DNA of 64,000 nucleotides from Saprospiraceae bacterium (GTDB taxonomy: Bacteria > Bacteroidota > Bacteroidia > Chitinophagales > Saprospiraceae). Made by a program: the position numbers and the translations under genes. The notes below the pieces were generated by a model. It saw only the letters and a program-made list of their open reading frames with translations. It made no database searches and was not told where the DNA came from. Location of the stretch: assembly GCA_028282725.1 (NCBI GenBank), contig JANQHF010000043.1:2431-66430 (forward strand), read 5' to 3'. Below, in pieces: positions 58,911 through 64,000 of the stretch; position 1 is the first letter of the stretch, and each line of letters begins with the position of its first letter.

Positions 58911-59609
58911 TCAGCCAGGCTTATTGGCCATGACAATATATTGATAGTCCAGACTGCGGTCATCAGCCACTATATTGACATAACCGCTCTCTGCCAAAAG
59001 ATCTTCCAGTTCCAGCAGACTCATCCTGAATTCAGACGGGGGTGCAATATCCTGAGAAATCCGTTTCATTTTAAAATCGACGATCATAATCTTGCCGGAC
59101 GGTTTTATCTTCTCACGCAGGTTTTTGAGGTAAGAAGATACATCAGAAATATATCCTATAGTATTGATGATGACCACCACATCGACTTCTTCAAATCGCA
59201 ATTTCGGATCATCAGGCAAAGCGAGCCTGGTCTCAACATTCAACTGCTGTATGCTATCGAGGTTTTGTCTGAATAATTCGATCAGGTCAATCTTATTCTG
59301 ATCGATGTCAATTGCTATGACGCGCTTTGCGCGCTGCATCAACCTGAAGGTAAAGTAGCCCGTCCCTGCTCCTATATCGGCAACGATCTTATCGTCAAGA
59401 TCTCCTAATTTGTCCATGACAAGAAATGGTTTTTGCCATGCATACCGATCTTCCTGAAAGGAAGGAACAGGCTGCTGTACAGAGATGTCCGGATCTTCTA
59501 TATCGTCTATACCGTCTTTCGTATTATTTGACCCCGGATCAGTGCGACAACCCATCAACAGGGCAGTGGCCAACATGGTATAGATGAAAATGAATCGTGT
59601 CATTGTCAT
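58911..59609 (-). CDS. class I SAM-dependent methyltransferase with lipoprotein-type signal peptide
   Basis: The N-terminus is MTMTRFIFIYTMLATALLMGC. Motif I is VADIGAGTGYFT. AIDID and IINTI follow as post-motif blocks. Confidence 0.75.
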   Translation of the reverse strand: MTMTRFIFIYTMLATALLMGCRTDPGSNNTKDGIDDIEDPDISVQQPVPSFQEDRYAWQKPFLVMDKLGDLDDKIVADIGAGTGYFTFRLMQRAKRVIAIDIDQNKIDLIELFRQNLDSIQQLNVETRLALPDDPKLRFEEVDVVVIINTIGYISDVSSYLKNLREKIKPSGKIMIVDFKMKRISQDIAPPSEFRMSLLELEDLLAESGYVNIVADDRSLDYQYIVMANKPG

Positions 59610-59638
59610 AGTTGCAAAATTAAAAAACCACCCGTAAC

Positions 59639-61087
59639 CTAATACTGCTGATAGATATGTTCGATGATTTTTTCTATTTGTGCCCTGACCTTTCTGTTAG
59701 AGCTGTGCCCGTTGGCCATGACAGCAACGGAAAGATGTGCTCCGCTCCGGGATTGAATGATGCCGGCATATGCCAGAACACTATTGATAGATCCGGATTT
59801 CAACCAAGAGAAGTCCTGGCTGGGTCGTCTATTCAACAAGTTTCGGACGCTCCCCTCCTCTCCTGCTTTTGGCAGAACTGATTTCATCCGTTCCAGTCCC
59901 AGTTTTGAACTGTACAGATGTACAAACTGACTGAGAAAATTAGGTGTGACGCGGTTACGACTGGATAATCCGCTTCCATCCTTTATGACGATTCCATTGA
60001 TATCAAGACCAAGGGTTTTCAGATGATTCCGGATCGCTTTGCTACCGGTATCAAAGCTTCCTTCTTCAAATTCATGAGCTCCGAGGGTCCGGAAAAAAGC
60101 TTCACAAAAGAGGTTGTTTGAGATCGCATTTGCATAGTCAGCGAGATCAAACAAATAAGGCGATTCAAAATGACCCAGGGCATTTATCTGACCCTGCTCA
60201 TGCCGCGCTGCAAATCCTTTCGATACGATACCTTCTTCCTCCAGCTTTTTACTCAAATGAAACCCGAAAAAGGTCATAGGATTGGGTATGGCTCCCTTGA
60301 TTCGAAAATTCCCGTTTCCTGCCGGAATAGTCCCTTGTACCCATCTGGTAAATTGATAAGGATCGCCGAAGAGATAGGCATTGTCACCTGAATTACGGGC
60401 TCCTGTAGTCACGAAATTTTCAATTTTCAGACCCGGAACTTCAGGATCCACCCGGTCAATACTGGTTGGCCTGTCTGATTCAGGGCCCCTGGAGAAATAG
60501 AGGTGGTACAGGTTTTCATGCACATTCAATCCCCAGGCACCGGCGGTATAATAATTAGTCAGATCATCCCAGGCCCAGCTTCCGTGGACAGGTGATTCAT
60601 CAAACAGAGTCCCGTCCAGTAAAATTTCACCGTCAATACATTTGATACCTTCGCCGGAAACCCAATTCACGATTTTATCCAATACCTCATCGAAAGAATC
60701 AACATCATCAAATTCCGGTGAACCCAACGAAGGATCCCCGCTTCCTTTAATGACCAGATCACCATCGAGAATGCCACCTTCGATTATGTCACCTGTGTAC
60801 CCGACCTGAGTAGTGTAGCGATAGTTTTCTCCAAGAATATCCAGACTGGTCAAGGTGGTCACTAATTTAAGCGTAGATGCCGGAATCATCCTGGTAGCAC
60901 CGTTAACATTGATCAGGCGTTCTCCCTGTTCATTCAAAACGCTGATGCCAAAGATAGCTCCCTCTGATTGAGGATCATTGGTGATCTCAGCTATCGGATC
61001 ACTGTTTTGAGCTTCCAGGGTCATGAAAGCCAGTGAAAATATCAGACATATGACTATGGTTCGTCCTGCACCCAGTATTCTATTCAT
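59639..61087 (-). CDS. dacB: D-alanyl-D-alanine carboxypeptidase/endopeptidase (PBP4, S13 family)
   Basis: It has a signal peptide. The SxxK motif is PASTLKLVT. DGSGLS is SxN-like and LKSGSI is KTG-like. 482 aa. Confidence 0.8.
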   Translation of the reverse strand: MNRILGAGRTIVICLIFSLAFMTLEAQNSDPIAEITNDPQSEGAIFGISVLNEQGERLINVNGATRMIPASTLKLVTTLTSLDILGENYRYTTQVGYTGDIIEGGILDGDLVIKGSGDPSLGSPEFDDVDSFDEVLDKIVNWVSGEGIKCIDGEILLDGTLFDESPVHGSWAWDDLTNYYTAGAWGLNVHENLYHLYFSRGPESDRPTSIDRVDPEVPGLKIENFVTTGARNSGDNAYLFGDPYQFTRWVQGTIPAGNGNFRIKGAIPNPMTFFGFHLSKKLEEEGIVSKGFAARHEQGQINALGHFESPYLFDLADYANAISNNLFCEAFFRTLGAHEFEEGSFDTGSKAIRNHLKTLGLDINGIVIKDGSGLSSRNRVTPNFLSQFVHLYSSKLGLERMKSVLPKAGEEGSVRNLLNRRPSQDFSWLKSGSINSVLAYAGIIQSRSGAHLSVAVMANGHSSNRKVRAQIEKIIEHIYQQY

Positions 61088-62027
61088 ATGCTATATTGAA
61101 AAGTGCGTCTCCATTGTACACTACGGATGCATTATTGTGTCCAATAATGTAGCCATTCCTGCGGGCAAGAATTCTCTTTGTACGATCTGCCTGCGGCGAG
61201 TCGATGACACCCAGTTGTTCCCCTTTTCTTACGAAACTTCCCGATTCTTTGGTCCAGGTAAATAAACCGGCCTCTGATGCCCTGACCCAACCTGTCGTCT
61301 TAAATATCTGACAGTCGTGGTTGGCAACCGGGGCAGTATCGATCATACCCAGGGCCTTTAAGGTCCTCTTAATACCAGCGACGCCTATATCTATAGAAAA
61401 TCCATCCAGTCTGACCGACTCACCCCCTTCATATACCAGGACAGAAATGTCCATCTGGTTAGCCGTTTTTCTGAAGGACTTGGTGATCCATGGCTTTTCA
61501 ATGATATATGGCGCACCAAAAGAACGTGCAAGCTTTTTCGCCTTGACGTCTTTTTTGCTGTATCGGATCTGGGGATAGTTATATCTCGACGCTCCTCCTG
61601 TATGCAAATCGATCGCAATATCGACATGCGGAAGTATCTTTTTTGTAAGAACTGAAGCCGTCCTGGATGCAAGAGAGCCGGAAGAGGAACCTGGAAAGCT
61701 TCGGTTTACATCTTTTCCATCGGGAACATCTCTGCTGAAATTGATGAATCCAAAGACATTGAGCAGGGGAATCGCAATAATGGATCCACTTATCAGCCGA
61801 TCAAAAACCCGTTCTTCCAGCGTTTTCCTGACAATCTGAATTCCATTGATCTCATCCCCATGGACACCTCCCATGATCAGCACGGTAGGTCCCGGATTGG
61901 CACTGGTAAACACATAAGTCTGGATGTTAATCCGGTTTCCGGAAGGAAGGCGACTTACGTACAGGTTTAACAGATCGCTTTCACCTCTCTGAAATTCTTT
62001 CCCATCTATATTCAATGATTTAGCCAT
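61080..62027 (-). CDS. succinylglutamate desuccinylase/aspartoacylase (AstE/AspA, M14-like) family protein
   Basis: GGVHGDEINGIQIV is the HxxE zinc motif and DLHTGG provides the second His. 315 aa with no signal peptide. Confidence 0.8.
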   Translation of the reverse strand: MAKSLNIDGKEFQRGESDLLNLYVSRLPSGNRINIQTYVFTSANPGPTVLIMGGVHGDEINGIQIVRKTLEERVFDRLISGSIIAIPLLNVFGFINFSRDVPDGKDVNRSFPGSSSGSLASRTASVLTKKILPHVDIAIDLHTGGASRYNYPQIRYSKKDVKAKKLARSFGAPYIIEKPWITKSFRKTANQMDISVLVYEGGESVRLDGFSIDIGVAGIKRTLKALGMIDTAPVANHDCQIFKTTGWVRASEAGLFTWTKESGSFVRKGEQLGVIDSPQADRTKRILARRNGYIIGHNNASVVYNGDALFNIAYE

Positions 62028-62913
62028 CTTTTCTCCTGTCCTTTACTAATCGCTCCGCAAATTGAATAATTTTTTTGGCAATATCCACCTTGGTGGTGTT
62101 CTCGATACCCTCTAAACCAGGAGATGCATTGATCTCCAGGACGAGTGGTCCGGTATTGGATCTCAGGATATCAACTCCTGCAACATGCAGACCCAGGATT
62201 TTACAGGCTTTTACAGCTACCTTTCGTTCTTCTTCCGAAATATCCGTTTTCTGCGCATTTCCTCCCCTGTGCAGGTTGGATCTGAACTCTCCTTCTCGCG
62301 CACTCCGTACCATCGAGGCTACCACTTCACCATTTACTACAAAGATCCGGACATCCTGACCCGAGGACTCCTCGATGAATTCCTGTAAGATCACTTTTTG
62401 CTTCAGACCGTAAAATGCCTCCATCATGGATAATAGCATATGTTCATTATCAGCTTTCATCACACCCAGGCCATGGGTTCCGCTCTTGAGCTTTATGATC
62501 TTTGGAAAGTCTTCGATCTTGTTATGCAACAGATTGAATTGGCTGGAATTATTGACCATCATTGTTTTTGGCACCGGAATTCCTTCTTTTGACAGGATTT
62601 GCATGCAACTCAATTTATCCCTGGTGCGAAAAAGTGATTCAGAAGGCAAAATGCTGGCTACTCCCATACTCTCAAACTGTCTGATTACCGAAGCACCATG
62701 GGATGTCACAGTATGCCCTATGCGCGGTATGATAACATCGTATCCCCTGAGTGGTTGCCCGTGAAAATAAATGGAATTTCGTCCGTTTTGGATCAGGAAG
62801 TCACAATTCATGTGATCTACCACCCGGACAAAATGATTGCGTCTCCTCGCAGCATTATACAAACTCCTGGTACTATAGAGGCCTCCATTCCTGGAAAGTA
62901 TGACGATTCTCAT
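62020..62913 (-). CDS. rimK: RimK family alpha-L-glutamate ligase (ATP-grasp)
   Basis: MRIVILSR..., PRIG, IIKLKSGTHGLGV, FRSNLHRGG and LVLEINASPGLEGIE match the RimK ATP-grasp blocks. Confidence 0.85.
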   Translation of the reverse strand: MRIVILSRNGGLYSTRSLYNAARRRNHFVRVVDHMNCDFLIQNGRNSIYFHGQPLRGYDVIIPRIGHTVTSHGASVIRQFESMGVASILPSESLFRTRDKLSCMQILSKEGIPVPKTMMVNNSSQFNLLHNKIEDFPKIIKLKSGTHGLGVMKADNEHMLLSMMEAFYGLKQKVILQEFIEESSGQDVRIFVVNGEVVASMVRSAREGEFRSNLHRGGNAQKTDISEEERKVAVKACKILGLHVAGVDILRSNTGPLVLEINASPGLEGIENTTKVDIAKKIIQFAERLVKDRRKDG

Positions 62914-63040
62914 ATTTGACTACAAAATTCGCGATAAGTTATTATATAAGAAGCATCTTCCAATCATTTGTCACTACATTACACGGTATATTTTTCTCTT
63001 TGGCTAAACCGCTCCGCACCCCTTTGAATTCCGTAGTCTG

Positions 63041-64000
63041 ATGAATAGTAGCAATCCGAATCCTTTGAACGATAAAAAGGTCATCAGGGCCTGGGCCTTA
63101 TTCGATTGGGCCAACTCCGCTTATTCACTGGTGATTTCGACTGCCATTTTTCCGATTTACTTTATTTCGATTGCACCGGATTCCATCCCCATCCTGGGCA
63201 GGGACTTCTCCGACTCTTCCCTACTGTCTTTTTCCATCAGTGCGGCACATATCATCGTTGCACTTTTTGCCCCACTACTGGGAGGGATGGCAGATGCAGG
63301 TAGCCGACGTCTTGGCTTCCTGAAGTTATTCACCACCATCGGAAGTATTGCTTGCATGATTCTGTTTTTTTACAGCGATGCACCTCTGGTATGGTTGGGA
63401 TTGACTGCATATATCATTGCCACCATAGGATTTGCGGCGAGCCTGATCTTTTACGATGCCTTTCTCCCGTCCATTGCCAGCAGGGAGCGATTTGATGCTG
63501 TAAGTGCCAAGGGCTATGCCTATGGCTATGTCGGTAGCGTTCTCCTGCTACTTGTGATATTATTCATCAGTCAAAAACCCGAGTTATTCGGTATACCGCC
63601 TGATACCACTATTCCCTACCGGATCGGATTTGTAATGGTCGGTCTGTGGTGGTTGGGGTGGGCCCAGTATTCCTTCAAGTTTTTACCATCGGACAAAAAG
63701 GACGAGACTCAGAAAGGACTATTAAAAGCAGGTTACCTCGAAATGCTATCGGTCTTTGGAGAATTAAAGTACAAACCCAACTTACGTAAATTTCTCATTT
63801 CGTTTTTCTTCTACAGTGCCGGCGTCCAGACAGTCATCTATTTGTCCACAGTTTTTGCTCAAAAGGAATTGGGTTTTGAAAGCACCGAGCTCATCCTCAT
63901 CGTTTTGATTCTTCAGATAGTGGCCATTGCAGGCGCAATATTTTTTGCCAGGTATGCTGAACGAAATGGAAGTAAGCGCGCTATATCTCTGATGATCATC
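63041..64000 (+). CDS. MFS transporter, UMF1 (Atg22-like) family, 5-prime partial (runs off the right edge)
   Basis: Not in the ORF track because there is no stop in the window. The manual translation from ATG 63041 is MNSSNPNPLNDKKVIRAWALFDWANSAYSLVISTAIFPIYF... It is open to 64000 with multiple TM segments. WALFDWANSAY is the family signature. Confidence 0.75.
   Translation, partial: MNSSNPNPLNDKKVIRAWALFDWANSAYSLVISTAIFPIYFISIAPDSIPILGRDFSDSSLLSFSISAAHIIVALFAPLLGGMADAGSRRLGFLKLFTTIGSIACMILFFYSDAPLVWLGLTAYIIATIGFAASLIFYDAFLPSIASRERFDAVSAKGYAYGYVGSVLLLLVILFISQKPELFGIPPDTTIPYRIGFVMVGLWWLGWAQYSFKFLPSDKKDETQKGLLKAGYLEMLSVFGELKYKPNLRKFLISFFFYSAGVQTVIYLSTVFAQKELGFESTELILIVLILQIVAIAGAIFFARYAERNGSKRAISLMII

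Overview
This 64 kb window looks like an ordinary chromosomal segment of a Bacteroidota genome. The evidence for that taxon is gldC, a PorX-type REC-PglZ regulator, a T9SS/CHU_C C-terminal sorting domain protein, TAnnTTTG-type -7 promoter boxes and many lipoprotein or TAT signal peptides. It is densely coded, with about 62 CDS and one tRNA-Leu(UAG).

Recognisable core genes are tig-clpP-clpX, relA/spoT-fur-purA, glyA, truA, tatC, miaE, a phosphofructokinase, a Pif1-type helicase, rimK and dacB. These are interspersed with secreted carbohydrate-active and oxidoreductase genes: a Cys-type sulfatase, GH51, CE15, DUF1080, a TAT-exported Gfo/Idh/MocA enzyme and a xylose-isomerase-like TIM barrel.

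I found no transposase, integrase, reverse transcriptase, CRISPR array, rRNA, prophage or recognisable defence system. I cannot point to a clear-cut novel system. The best candidates for uncharacterised biology are:
- a six-gene, translationally coupled operon at 18063..23660 (Gfo/Idh/MocA, SDR, ROK kinase, SIS, MetE-like Zn enzyme, MBL hydrolase);
- a 733-aa envelope protein made of about 20 copies of a 23-residue repeat interrupted by an OmpA-like domain and ending in a PG_binding_1 domain;
- a coupled rimK / M14-like deacylase / PBP4 unit;
- a small, separately promoted and terminated transcription unit upstream of the Pif1 helicase.

All functional calls come from motif recognition by eye on the supplied translations. 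No database search was run.
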